DNA of 39,613 bases. Origin: an uncultured Spirochaetia bacterium (GTDB lineage: Bacteria > Spirochaetota > UBA12135 > COTS27 > CAZFAK01). A program made the position numbers and the translations under genes. Each line of letters opens with the position of its first letter. Within the stretch, counting starts at the first letter, position 1. The stretch is taken from NCBI GenBank assembly GCA_964517045.1, contig CAZFAK010000001.1:1-39613 (forward strand), written 5' to 3'. Under the pieces are notes generated by a model, which was given only the letters and a program-made list of their open reading frames with translations, was not told the origin of the DNA and made no database searches. Below, one piece after another: positions 1 through 8,501 of this stretch.

Positions 1-52
1 TTTGGTTTTAACAGAAATACGCAAGCAGGGTAGCGCTTCCCTGGTTCCCTTT
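1..52 (+). repeat. Intergenic repeat, copy A (cut by the window edge); near-identical to 32895..32946
   Basis: By manual alignment, 49 of 52 positions are identical to 32895..32946 in the same orientation (mismatches at 21, 39, 44). Weaker gapped similarity continues to about 78 (versus about 32975). It contains the hairpin CAGGG-N8-CCCTG at 26..43. Confidence 0.8.
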
Positions 53-104
53 GGAAAAAAAACAGCATTTTGCCTTAAAAAAAACCAAACCGGAATACAG
101 CAGA

Positions 105-134
105 TTGTATGTGATATGATATCTATGATATAAT
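105..134 (+). promoter_or_regulatory. Putative sigma70-type promoter with extended -10 (TTGTAT-N18-TATAAT, TG at 126..127)
   Basis: TGaTATAAT lies at 126..134 and a TTG-containing -35 at 105..110. The ATG at 143 starts 9 nt after the -10 and no Shine-Dalgarno lies between them. Confidence 0.35.
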
Positions 135-142
135 CAGTTAAA

Positions 143-1270
143 ATGAAATACAAATTCGGCATTCCCCGCATATACTGGTACGTTTTCCGGCAGTGTATCT
201 GGCCCTTTTTAATCGGCGCTGTCTTTTTTACTATTGTACTGATCCTGCCTAAAGTACCCAACCTGGTACAACTAACTGTAGAAAAGTCCACCCCGCTGCA
301 TATTACCTTACAGCTTTTTTTATATACAGTTCCCTTTACAGCAGCTATAACCGTGCCTATGGGCTTACTTTTTGGTATTCTCATGGCTTTCGGCAACCTC
401 TCTGCCAACTTTGAGATCATTGCTATGCGCTCTAACGGCATATCAGTGGTTTCCATTTTTATACCGGTGGCTGTACTAAGTATTATTACTACTTATTTAA
501 TGTTTTTACTTATCAATTACGGACTGCCTGTAACCAACTACCGCTGGAAAGTCCTGCACAGGCATATAGTACACTCCAATCCGGGTATTCTGCTGGATAA
601 AAAAATATTTACCAAACTGCCCAATACCCCTAATCAGAAACTGGCCAGTTATGACATCAGCAGTGACGGCATACTGGATTCGGTTTTCATCTATGAGAAC
701 AACCAGGATAATAACAAAATAAAAATAACCTATGCTGAAACAGGTGAACTTTATAATAATGACCTTAATTCGCCCCTGATCAATCTCCGGCTTAAAAACG
801 GACGCACCCTGGAACTGGGCTGGGAAAACTTTAAAAAAATGCAAAATCTGGAATATGATGTTTTTGATATGTATATAATCAATGACATTAAAAAGATCGG
901 TGATGTACGTAAAGGTTACCGGGAAATGCCCTACAGTGATATCTGGAAGGAGATACGCTTTAAACTGGCCCGCGGACAAAAGATCGCCCCTCATACGTGG
1001 GTAGAGTTTCATAAAAAGTTTTCCCTCCCCCTGGCCTGTATTATATTTGCTCTCATTGCCATGCCCCTGGGCATCTCTTTTATAAGAAGCGGCCGGGGCA
1101 TCAGCTTCGGCTCTGCCATAATTATTATTTTTGCTTATTACATTTTCATGACCCTGGGCGAGACCCTGGGCACTAAAAAGATCATCAGTCCCCATCTCAG
1201 CATGTGGCTTCCCAATATAGTGATTTTCATGTGCGGAGCAGTGATCTTTTTTATAAGAGCGAGAGAATAA
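143..1270 (+). CDS. LptF/LptG (YjgP/YjgQ) family LPS-export permease
   Basis: The 375-aa ORF has a 3+3 TM topology around a soluble insert of roughly 150 aa. The N-terminus (IPRIYWYVFRQCIWPFLIGAVFF) and the insert (IKITYAETGELYNN..LINLRLKNGRTLEL) are typical of this family. Confidence 0.85.
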   Translation: MKYKFGIPRIYWYVFRQCIWPFLIGAVFFTIVLILPKVPNLVQLTVEKSTPLHITLQLFLYTVPFTAAITVPMGLLFGILMAFGNLSANFEIIAMRSNGISVVSIFIPVAVLSIITTYLMFLLINYGLPVTNYRWKVLHRHIVHSNPGILLDKKIFTKLPNTPNQKLASYDISSDGILDSVFIYENNQDNNKIKITYAETGELYNNDLNSPLINLRLKNGRTLELGWENFKKMQNLEYDVFDMYIINDIKKIGDVRKGYREMPYSDIWKEIRFKLARGQKIAPHTWVEFHKKFSLPLACIIFALIAMPLGISFIRSGRGISFGSAIIIIFAYYIFMTLGETLGTKKIISPHLSMWLPNIVIFMCGAVIFFIRARE

Positions 1271-2845
1271 ATGCGGTCAATAATTTTAAAACTGATAACT
1301 GCTGTTTTTTTATTTTTAAATTTTACAGAAGCCGGTCCGGAAAAAAAAATTCTGGAATTATTAGAACAAAATGAAAAACTTTATAATGATTTCCGGGATT
1401 ACTATTCCAACCGTAACTATATAAAAAAAATGTGGCAAAAAGAAAAGGAATGGCTCACTAATGAAATAAAAAAAACAACTGCTTTGGGTTCAGCTATATT
1501 TGCCAAACGGAATGAGATACCCTCTTTCAGCAACCGTATTGTTTTCATGCATGATTTTGCCGATCACCTTTTTTATAAAGATTACCGTACCAATCAAAAA
1601 ATAACACCCCTTGAATTATGGCGCCGTATTATCCGCCTTGACCTCAGGGAACTGGCCTCTTTTAAAGAAGAAAATTATTCCAATTTTTACAGTTCCACCC
1701 CTTTAAAATATGTGCTTAAGGCCTGCCGTATGTTTAATTATTACTACCGCATGCACTGGCTGGGCCAAAAACGGGTACCGGCTTCCGAGTACAAAAATAT
1801 AATGAGTCTCTATCTTTCCTATTACAATAAAGGCCTTAACCGGGGCAGTTACTTCAACTACAATCTCGGGATGTACTGCCTGGAGATTGAAAAACTGGAT
1901 ACCGCTTTCTCAATATACGAAAAAATTAAAAACAAAAAAATTCCGCAAATTTTCAGCGATATAATAACTCTGAAAAAAATTCACACCAACTTCAGTACAA
2001 ATACCAATAAAGTAACGGTTTATAAAATGATCAAAGATTATCTGCAGTCAGTATCAGCCCAGAAAACCTTTAGTAAAAAACTCAAGCATAAATTTTTTGA
2101 TTACGGCAATGCTCTTGCTTTCGGTATAGGACAAAACCAAAATATCCCCGACCCTTCCTTTTTAAAAATAAGCACTAATACTGCCCAGCTGCAAAATGCT
2201 GTTTTTTATTACAATAAAGCCCTGGCAATTGACCCTGATTTTACCGAATGCTCTTTTAATATTGCTTTGATCTATATCAAACTGGACCGCATCCCCCAGG
2301 CTAACCTTATTATCCGTAATGTTCTGAAAAAAATGACCACCTATAAAACTCTTTACACTGCCGGCTTACTGCAAATGAAAATGGAAAATTATAAAAATGC
2401 GGCTTTGAATTTTAAAGAAGCGCTTTTATTCCGGACCAATGCTCTAATTTTAAATAATCTGGCCTGGTGTGAACTGCAAAAAAAAGGGCGGACTAAAAAA
2501 GCTGATATTCTTTATTATATTAATAAAGCTATAAACCTTGATGTTGACAAATATATGTACAATGTAACCAAAGCGGAAATTTTGAAAAAATTTGATGATG
2601 AACGCGGTTTTGTCAATGAGATAAAAAAAGCCATACATAAATTAAGGCAAATCGCACATAATGACGTTAATGAATACAGGGAGATTTTAGGGGTTGAAAA
2701 TAAAAATGAACTGGAAAAACAGATAAATAAAGAGATTACCAAAATAGCTGCTATAGCTGATCTGCAGGATGTCGCTCCCTTTTCCTTTGACAGAGAAGCA
2801 ATAGAATATGACCGGGAGCAAAAAGAAGAAAAATATAAAAAATGA
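1271..2845 (+). CDS. Secreted TPR-repeat protein
   Basis: The 524-aa ORF starts directly after the upstream stop codon. It has an N-terminal signal peptide and TPR-like repeats in the C-terminal third (AVFYYNKALAIDPDFTECSFNIALIYIKL; YKNAALNFKEALLF). Confidence 0.7.
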   Translation: MRSIILKLITAVFLFLNFTEAGPEKKILELLEQNEKLYNDFRDYYSNRNYIKKMWQKEKEWLTNEIKKTTALGSAIFAKRNEIPSFSNRIVFMHDFADHLFYKDYRTNQKITPLELWRRIIRLDLRELASFKEENYSNFYSSTPLKYVLKACRMFNYYYRMHWLGQKRVPASEYKNIMSLYLSYYNKGLNRGSYFNYNLGMYCLEIEKLDTAFSIYEKIKNKKIPQIFSDIITLKKIHTNFSTNTNKVTVYKMIKDYLQSVSAQKTFSKKLKHKFFDYGNALAFGIGQNQNIPDPSFLKISTNTAQLQNAVFYYNKALAIDPDFTECSFNIALIYIKLDRIPQANLIIRNVLKKMTTYKTLYTAGLLQMKMENYKNAALNFKEALLFRTNALILNNLAWCELQKKGRTKKADILYYINKAINLDVDKYMYNVTKAEILKKFDDERGFVNEIKKAIHKLRQIAHNDVNEYREILGVENKNELEKQINKEITKIAAIADLQDVAPFSFDREAIEYDREQKEEKYKK

Positions 2846-3735
2846 AAATGATAAAAATTGCCATTCTTTCTTTAACATTAAATTTAATCTTTCTGCACGG
2901 CAATATAAGTGAATACCGTCTTTTAATAAGCCGGGGTAATAACTATCTTGACAAAAATGAACTTTCAGAAGCTCTGGTATGTTATGAAAAAGCGGTTAAA
3001 CTCTACCCCCTGGCGCCTGAAGCCTACTATCAGATCGGCTTTATCCATATGCGTAAAAAATATTACAACATGGCGCTTAAATATTTTTTACAGGCGGAAA
3101 AGCACAGTTCCAATTTTCTCTTTAAGGAGAAAAAAATGGATCTTTATATGAATCTGGCTGCTGTATACCGTAAAAAGATACTGGCAGCCTCCGGTTCGCC
3201 TTCCAGCGGCAAACTTAAACATATATCTGAGAAAGAGGCAGTCTATCTGCATAAGATACTCCAGGTTGCTACCAATTATCAGGCGCCTTTTTACCGCGAT
3301 TATGCAGGCAAAGCTTTTTTTCTGCTTGCTCTTATCAATAATAAAAACAAACACCCTGTAAAAAGCCTGAACTATTTCTCCAATGCAGCTGCTATCGGCT
3401 ACTACCGGAAAACCTGCTATCTATACATTGCCCACTATTATTTTGTGAATAACCAGGAAAAAATTACCAGGGAAAATCTCGCTTTTTACCGCGCACAGGG
3501 GAAAACAGCTGCTGAACTGAAAAAAATTAAAGTTAAAAATAAAACCAACTATTTCCGTTATTACTATACCAAATTTAATCAGGCTCCCTGTCCGGAGACG
3601 GAAAAACGGTTTTTACAAAAAGAGAGACGCCGGGAGATGATAGAACAATTAAACAGATACAGCCGAGAGCTGCATATGGACCGGACCAGTAAACGAAATA
3701 AGAGGATTGAGGAATACACAAATGAGGAACATTAA
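2842..3735 (+). CDS. Secreted TPR-repeat protein
   Basis: The 297-aa ORF has an ATGA start/stop overlap with the upstream gene. It has a signal peptide and TPR units (LSEALVCYEKAVKLYPLAPEAYYQIGFIHMRKKYYNMALKYF). Confidence 0.7.
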   Translation: MKMIKIAILSLTLNLIFLHGNISEYRLLISRGNNYLDKNELSEALVCYEKAVKLYPLAPEAYYQIGFIHMRKKYYNMALKYFLQAEKHSSNFLFKEKKMDLYMNLAAVYRKKILAASGSPSSGKLKHISEKEAVYLHKILQVATNYQAPFYRDYAGKAFFLLALINNKNKHPVKSLNYFSNAAAIGYYRKTCYLYIAHYYFVNNQEKITRENLAFYRAQGKTAAELKKIKVKNKTNYFRYYYTKFNQAPCPETEKRFLQKERRREMIEQLNRYSRELHMDRTSKRNKRIEEYTNEEH

Positions 3736-4039
3736 AAACATTGAAATACAGATGAGTGATGAAACTGCTCAGGGCATTTTTGCCAATCTCGCTGTAATGA
3801 ACCATACAGAAAGCGAGTTTGTTATGGATTTTGTTTATCTGCAGCCTAACGCACCGCGCGGCAAGGTCCGCTCCCGTATCATAATGACTCCGGAACAGCT
3901 TAAAAAATTTAATTTTGCCCTGCAGGATAATATTCAAAAATATGAAAAAAATTACGGTAAAATAAAACTAAAGGAAAACAGTTTTAAATCAAGGGTTACA
4001 GATATCACTGCAGCCAAATCAACAGGAGAGAAACAATGA
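3722..4039 (+). CDS. DUF3467-like small protein
   Basis: The core QGIFANLAVMNHTESEFVMDFVYLQP...RIIMTPEQLKKF matches my recollection of DUF3467. I prefer the ATG at 3722 (GAGGAA 7 nt upstream) over the TTG at 3707 used by the ORF track. Confidence 0.65.
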   Translation: MRNIKNIEIQMSDETAQGIFANLAVMNHTESEFVMDFVYLQPNAPRGKVRSRIIMTPEQLKKFNFALQDNIQKYEKNYGKIKLKENSFKSRVTDITAAKSTGEKQ

Positions 4040-5094
4040 AAAAAATATTTTTTTTATTACTATTAGTTTTATATATAAACAGCTGCGCTTCAGAGTTTAA
4101 AAACAAACCCGGAGTTTACGCTCTTATGCACACCAGTATGGGCACCATAGTATTAAAACTTGATCAGGGAAAAGCGCCTGTAAGCAGTTTTAACTTTATT
4201 AAATATGCTGAAAATGATTTTTATAAAAATACTGTCTTTCACCGTGTAATGCCCGGTTTCATGATCCAGGGCGGCGGTTTTACTAAAGATATAAAAAAAA
4301 AGACGGACGGACTGCGGGACCCTATTATAAATGAATGGCAAAACGGCCTTAAAAATAAAAAATATACCATAGCTATGGCCCGCACCAGAAAGCCTGACTC
4401 CGCAACCTCCCAGTTTTTTATTAATGTTAAAGATAATAAAAACCTGGATATTCCCCGCGGCGGCGCTGCTTATGCTGTTTTCGGTAAAGTAGTAAAAGGG
4501 AAAGAAGTAGTAGAGAAAATAAAAAATGTTAAATGTATACGCCATACCAATTATTCTTCCCGCCGGCCCGTAACGCCGCAGAAAGCGGTCATTATAAAAG
4601 AGGTAACTATCACAGGCGTTTTTGACCGGAAAAAACTGGAAAAAAAATTTAACCGGGCCAGAGCTGTACAGAGAGAAAAACAGGTCCGGGCCGCAGAGCA
4701 GGAAAAGGCCAAAATAAAAAAAACGGTATCCCGGCTGGAAAAACGCACCGGTAAAAAAATAAAAAAAACCGCTTCCGGATTACGCTATATTATAACTGCT
4801 CCGGGTACAGGTAAAAAGCCCTCCTCTCCGTCAGCCAGGGTAACTGTACACTACGAGGGCCGGCTCTTAAACGGAAATATATTTGACAGTTCTTATAAAC
4901 GCAAACAACCGGCAACCTTTCCCCTGAATCGGGTTATTCCCGGCTGGCAGGAAGGGGTAGCCATGCTGCGAACCGGAGCTACAGCTTATTTTATCATTCC
5001 GCCCGAACTTGGCTACGGTGCCCGGGGCGCAGGCAATAAAATACCGCCTGATTCCTGGCTTGTCTTTAAAATAGAACTGCTGCAGGCAGAATAG
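4036..5094 (+). CDS. Dual-domain peptidyl-prolyl cis-trans isomerase lipoprotein (cyclophilin N-terminal, FKBP C-terminal)
   Basis: A lipobox-like LYINSC is followed by a cyclophilin motif (FHRVMPGFMIQGGGF) and a K/E-rich linker. An FKBP domain follows (VTVHYEGRLLNGNIFDSSY...IPGWQEGV...PPELGYGARG...LVFKIELL). The start has an ATGA overlap with the upstream gene and a GGAGAG RBS. Confidence 0.9.
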   Translation: MKKIFFLLLLVLYINSCASEFKNKPGVYALMHTSMGTIVLKLDQGKAPVSSFNFIKYAENDFYKNTVFHRVMPGFMIQGGGFTKDIKKKTDGLRDPIINEWQNGLKNKKYTIAMARTRKPDSATSQFFINVKDNKNLDIPRGGAAYAVFGKVVKGKEVVEKIKNVKCIRHTNYSSRRPVTPQKAVIIKEVTITGVFDRKKLEKKFNRARAVQREKQVRAAEQEKAKIKKTVSRLEKRTGKKIKKTASGLRYIITAPGTGKKPSSPSARVTVHYEGRLLNGNIFDSSYKRKQPATFPLNRVIPGWQEGVAMLRTGATAYFIIPPELGYGARGAGNKIPPDSWLVFKIELLQAE

Positions 5095-5140
5095 TTTCCA
5101 TTTTATAACTTACAAATCAATTTTACTTAAAGGAAAGATC

Positions 5141-8140
5141 ATGGACAAATTACCCTATGACCTTAACGCGCTTCCGCGCGAAACAAAAAAATATTATATC
5201 AGTGCTGATACAAAAGACATACAGGCAATGTTAAAAGCTCTACAGCTTAAAAATGAAAAAGAACTTTTCAGCCATGTACCTGATACTGTCCTTATGAAAG
5301 AAAACCTGGATCTTCCGGAACCTGCGGCTTATAATAATCTTATTAAGGAGTTAAAAGAGCTGGCAGGCCTGAACCGGCAGCTTGTCCCTTTTATCGGCGA
5401 TGGTCTGCAGTGGTATAAAGTTCCGGATATCACCCGGTACGTAGCCGGCATACGGGGACTTTCCACCTCCTACACACCTTATCAGCCGGAACGCAGTCAG
5501 GGTACTTTAATGAGCCAATGGCTTTACCAGTGCGGTCTGGCCGCTTTAACCGGTATGGAGGCAATTAATGCTTCCATGTACGACCGCTCTACTGCTTTAT
5601 GGGAAGCGCTAAACTGCAGCCTGCGGCTCAAGCGTTCCCGAAATACAGTTATTGTTTACAATACAATCTTTCCGGGTGATATGGAAGTCCTGAAGACCCT
5701 GTCTGCTGAAACCGGCCTCAAAATAGTCAAAGCTGATGCAGATTTGCAGACCGGCACAGTAACTTCTGCCAACCTGGACAAAGCTCTGGCAGCAGCCGGT
5801 GATGATCTGGCTGCAGTTGCCTTTCCCCAGGTAAATCACTTTGGACTCCTTGAGGACCCTGATGCAGCAGTAGACGCTGCCCATCGAGCCGGGGCAAAAG
5901 CTGTTGCGGTTATTGATCCGGTTCTGCTGGCAGACCAGGGACTGAAACCGCCGTTAAAATACGGCAGCCGGGGAGCTGATATGATAGTTGGTGAAGGTCA
6001 GCATCTTGCCACTGCACCTAACTGGGGCGGACCGGGCCTGGGCATATTCGGTATACGCTATAATCAGGAGCGCAGAAAAGATATCAGAGCCAGCGCCGGA
6101 CGCTATGTAGGGGCTGCAGTTGACAACCATAACAATCCCTGTAAAGTTATGATCCTTTCCACCAGGGAACAGCATATTAAACGGGAAAAAGCAACTTCCA
6201 ATATATGCTCCAATGAAGCCTTTATCGCTACTCTGGCCGGTGCCGCGCTTTTACAGCAGGGAGATGAAGGTCTGGCTAAAGCATGTGCTGCCGGCCGGCA
6301 AAACGCCTGCCGCGCTTACTCCTTTCTAACCGGACTTAAAGGTATAGAACCGGCATTCCCGCAGACACCGTTTTTTAATGAATTTACACTCCGTCTTACA
6401 GACAACCCGGCTGAACTTATTAAGGCCGGTATTGCAAAAGGTCTGCTTTTAGGCGTAGACGTATCAGACCGTTTCCCGGACAACCGCAATTATATAATGC
6501 TTTCCTTCTCCGACATGCAGGAGGAGAAAGATATGACAGCCCTGTTTTCCTTTTTTAAAGAACGTTTTGCTCAGGATGACCGTCACAGCGACCCTGTGCC
6601 TGTTCCTGAAAATTATCTGCGCTCTGCCAAACCCGGACTGCCCAGGTTCAGCCTTGATGAACTGAAAACTTTTTATAAAAAACTGGGTAATCAGAATATC
6701 AGCCCGGATTCCAGCTGCTACCCGCTCGGTTCCTGTACTATGAAATACAACCCTTATATAAATGACTATACCGCTGCTCTGCCCGGTTTTCAAAATATAC
6801 ACCCTCAGGCACCGGCAGCAACTGTCCAGGGTTCACTTGCAGTTTTGTATCATATACAGGAATACTTTAAAAAAATAACCGGACTGCCCCGGGTCTGTAC
6901 CCAGCCCGTAGCCGGTGCTGCCGGTGAACTGCTGGGACTTAAACTTATCCAGGCTTATCACCGGGAGAACAGTCAGAGTAAACGCGATATTATACTTATC
7001 CCTGACTCAGCTCATGGTACGAATCCCGCCAGTGCGGTTATGGCCGGCTTTAATACAAAAGGTAAAGGCGCGTCGCAAACCGGGGTTGTATTCATTAAGG
7101 CTGATGAAAAAGGCTGTATATCTTTAGCTGACCTGGATGAAAAAATAAACCGTTTTTCCGAACGTATCAGCGCTGTCATGATTACCAATCCCAATACCTC
7201 CGGTATATATGAGACCGCTTTCCGGCAGATCGCAGATAAAATACACGCGGCCGGCGGGCTGGTTTATATGGACGGAGCTAATATGAATGCTATTGCCGGC
7301 TGGATTGATCTTAATAAACTGGGTGTGGATGCTGTCCACAACAACCTGCACAAAACATGGTCTATCTCTCACGGCGGAGGCGGACCCGGTGATGCAATTG
7401 TGGCAGTAAGCGCCAAACTCGCTCCCTATATAAGCGGACAGGAAGTACAGAAAAAAAACGGCACCTATTTTTTAACTAAAACAGAGAAAAGTATCGGCTC
7501 GGTTCACCGCCACCTGGGTAATTTCCAGCATAAAATCCGCTGTTATACCTACCTGCGCCGGCTGGGCACTGAAGGAATACGCCGTATGGCCTCTTTTGCC
7601 GTACTTTCAGCCCGTTATGTCTGCAGCCGGCTTATTAATGACTATAAACTGCTGCCGGCCGCTACCGGCAGATCACCGCGCATGCATGAATTTATAATAA
7701 CTCTTAAAGATGAACTGTTTAAAAAAATTACTGCTGCCGGCATACCCGCTAATGCTGTTATCGGCAGTTTTGCCAAACTGTTTCTTGATTTTGGTTTTCA
7801 CCCGCCTACAGTATCTTTTCCGGAGGTATTCGGCTTAATGATAGAGCCGACAGAGTCCTACACTAAAGAGGAACTCGACCGTTTTATAGCAGCTATTAAA
7901 AAGATGCTGCAGCTTGCAGGAGAGGACCCGGTCGTTTTGCAAACCACCCCCCATTTTACGCCCGTCAGTAAAGTAAAAGAGGTTGAAGCCAACCGCAATC
8001 CGGTTTTCTCGGAAAAAATTGATAACCTGCCGGCTGTTATCCCCAACCGGCTGGCACTGGAAAAAATATGGCAGTTTAATCTCGATGAGCTATACAGCCG
8101 TATAAAAAAAGCCTGCCGGGATGAAAGTGTCAGCTGTTAA
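5141..8140 (+). CDS. gcvP: Glycine dehydrogenase (aminomethyl-transferring), single-chain P protein
   Basis: The 999-aa ORF has a second half carrying PLGSCTMKYNP and the PLP-lysine region NLHKTWSISHGGGGPG. The first half resembles subunit-1-type sequences. AAGGAAAG RBS. Confidence 0.9.
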   Translation: MDKLPYDLNALPRETKKYYISADTKDIQAMLKALQLKNEKELFSHVPDTVLMKENLDLPEPAAYNNLIKELKELAGLNRQLVPFIGDGLQWYKVPDITRYVAGIRGLSTSYTPYQPERSQGTLMSQWLYQCGLAALTGMEAINASMYDRSTALWEALNCSLRLKRSRNTVIVYNTIFPGDMEVLKTLSAETGLKIVKADADLQTGTVTSANLDKALAAAGDDLAAVAFPQVNHFGLLEDPDAAVDAAHRAGAKAVAVIDPVLLADQGLKPPLKYGSRGADMIVGEGQHLATAPNWGGPGLGIFGIRYNQERRKDIRASAGRYVGAAVDNHNNPCKVMILSTREQHIKREKATSNICSNEAFIATLAGAALLQQGDEGLAKACAAGRQNACRAYSFLTGLKGIEPAFPQTPFFNEFTLRLTDNPAELIKAGIAKGLLLGVDVSDRFPDNRNYIMLSFSDMQEEKDMTALFSFFKERFAQDDRHSDPVPVPENYLRSAKPGLPRFSLDELKTFYKKLGNQNISPDSSCYPLGSCTMKYNPYINDYTAALPGFQNIHPQAPAATVQGSLAVLYHIQEYFKKITGLPRVCTQPVAGAAGELLGLKLIQAYHRENSQSKRDIILIPDSAHGTNPASAVMAGFNTKGKGASQTGVVFIKADEKGCISLADLDEKINRFSERISAVMITNPNTSGIYETAFRQIADKIHAAGGLVYMDGANMNAIAGWIDLNKLGVDAVHNNLHKTWSISHGGGGPGDAIVAVSAKLAPYISGQEVQKKNGTYFLTKTEKSIGSVHRHLGNFQHKIRCYTYLRRLGTEGIRRMASFAVLSARYVCSRLINDYKLLPAATGRSPRMHEFIITLKDELFKKITAAGIPANAVIGSFAKLFLDFGFHPPTVSFPEVFGLMIEPTESYTKEELDRFIAAIKKMLQLAGEDPVVLQTTPHFTPVSKVKEVEANRNPVFSEKIDNLPAVIPNRLALEKIWQFNLDELYSRIKKACRDESVSC

Positions 8141-8492
8141 GTTTGTTATATCCTTCCTCATTTAAAAGTCCGTCAAGCTCCTGAGGATTGTTTAACTTTA
8201 TTTTTACCAGCCAGCCGTCTTTTTCCGGACTTTGATTAATAGTTTCCGGTGCGTCTTCAAGAGCGGAGTTAACCTCTGTGATCTCACCGCTGACCGGTGC
8301 ATAAATATCACTGGCCGCTTTGACTGATTCAATAGTCATAAAACTTTCTTTGGCGCTTACGGAATCACCGGTTTCCGGCAGTTCTACATAGACAATATCC
8401 GAAAGCTGCTGCTGGGCATGATCTGTAATGCCTACTGTAGCTATATTATCCTCATCAACATCAACCCACTCATGTGATTCAGTGTATTTCAT
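8130..8492 (-). CDS. gcvH: Glycine cleavage system H protein
   Basis: The 120-aa ORF has the lipoyl-lysine motif IESVKAASDIYAPVSGEI and the N-terminus YTESHEWV. Confidence 0.93.
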   Translation of the reverse strand: MKYTESHEWVDVDEDNIATVGITDHAQQQLSDIVYVELPETGDSVSAKESFMTIESVKAASDIYAPVSGEITEVNSALEDAPETINQSPEKDGWLVKIKLNNPQELDGLLNEEGYNKLNS

Positions 8493-8501
8493 ATTTTCTC
8501 C

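Noticed and set aside
18-52. A tRNA-like D-arm resemblance (CGC-AAGCAGGGTA-GCG) lies inside the repeat.
   Set aside because: No anticodon arm, T-arm (GGTTCxAxxCC) or acceptor stem can be built. Copy B also breaks the putative D-stem (G21 to A).
506-1195. A 229-aa minus-strand ORF. Similar antisense ORFs occur at 12504..13139, 3575..3937, 4153..4545, 17570..18013 and 31028..31387.
   Set aside because: All are embedded antisense or out of frame within genes that have clear family motifs. Their sequences look random, and they lack start contexts.
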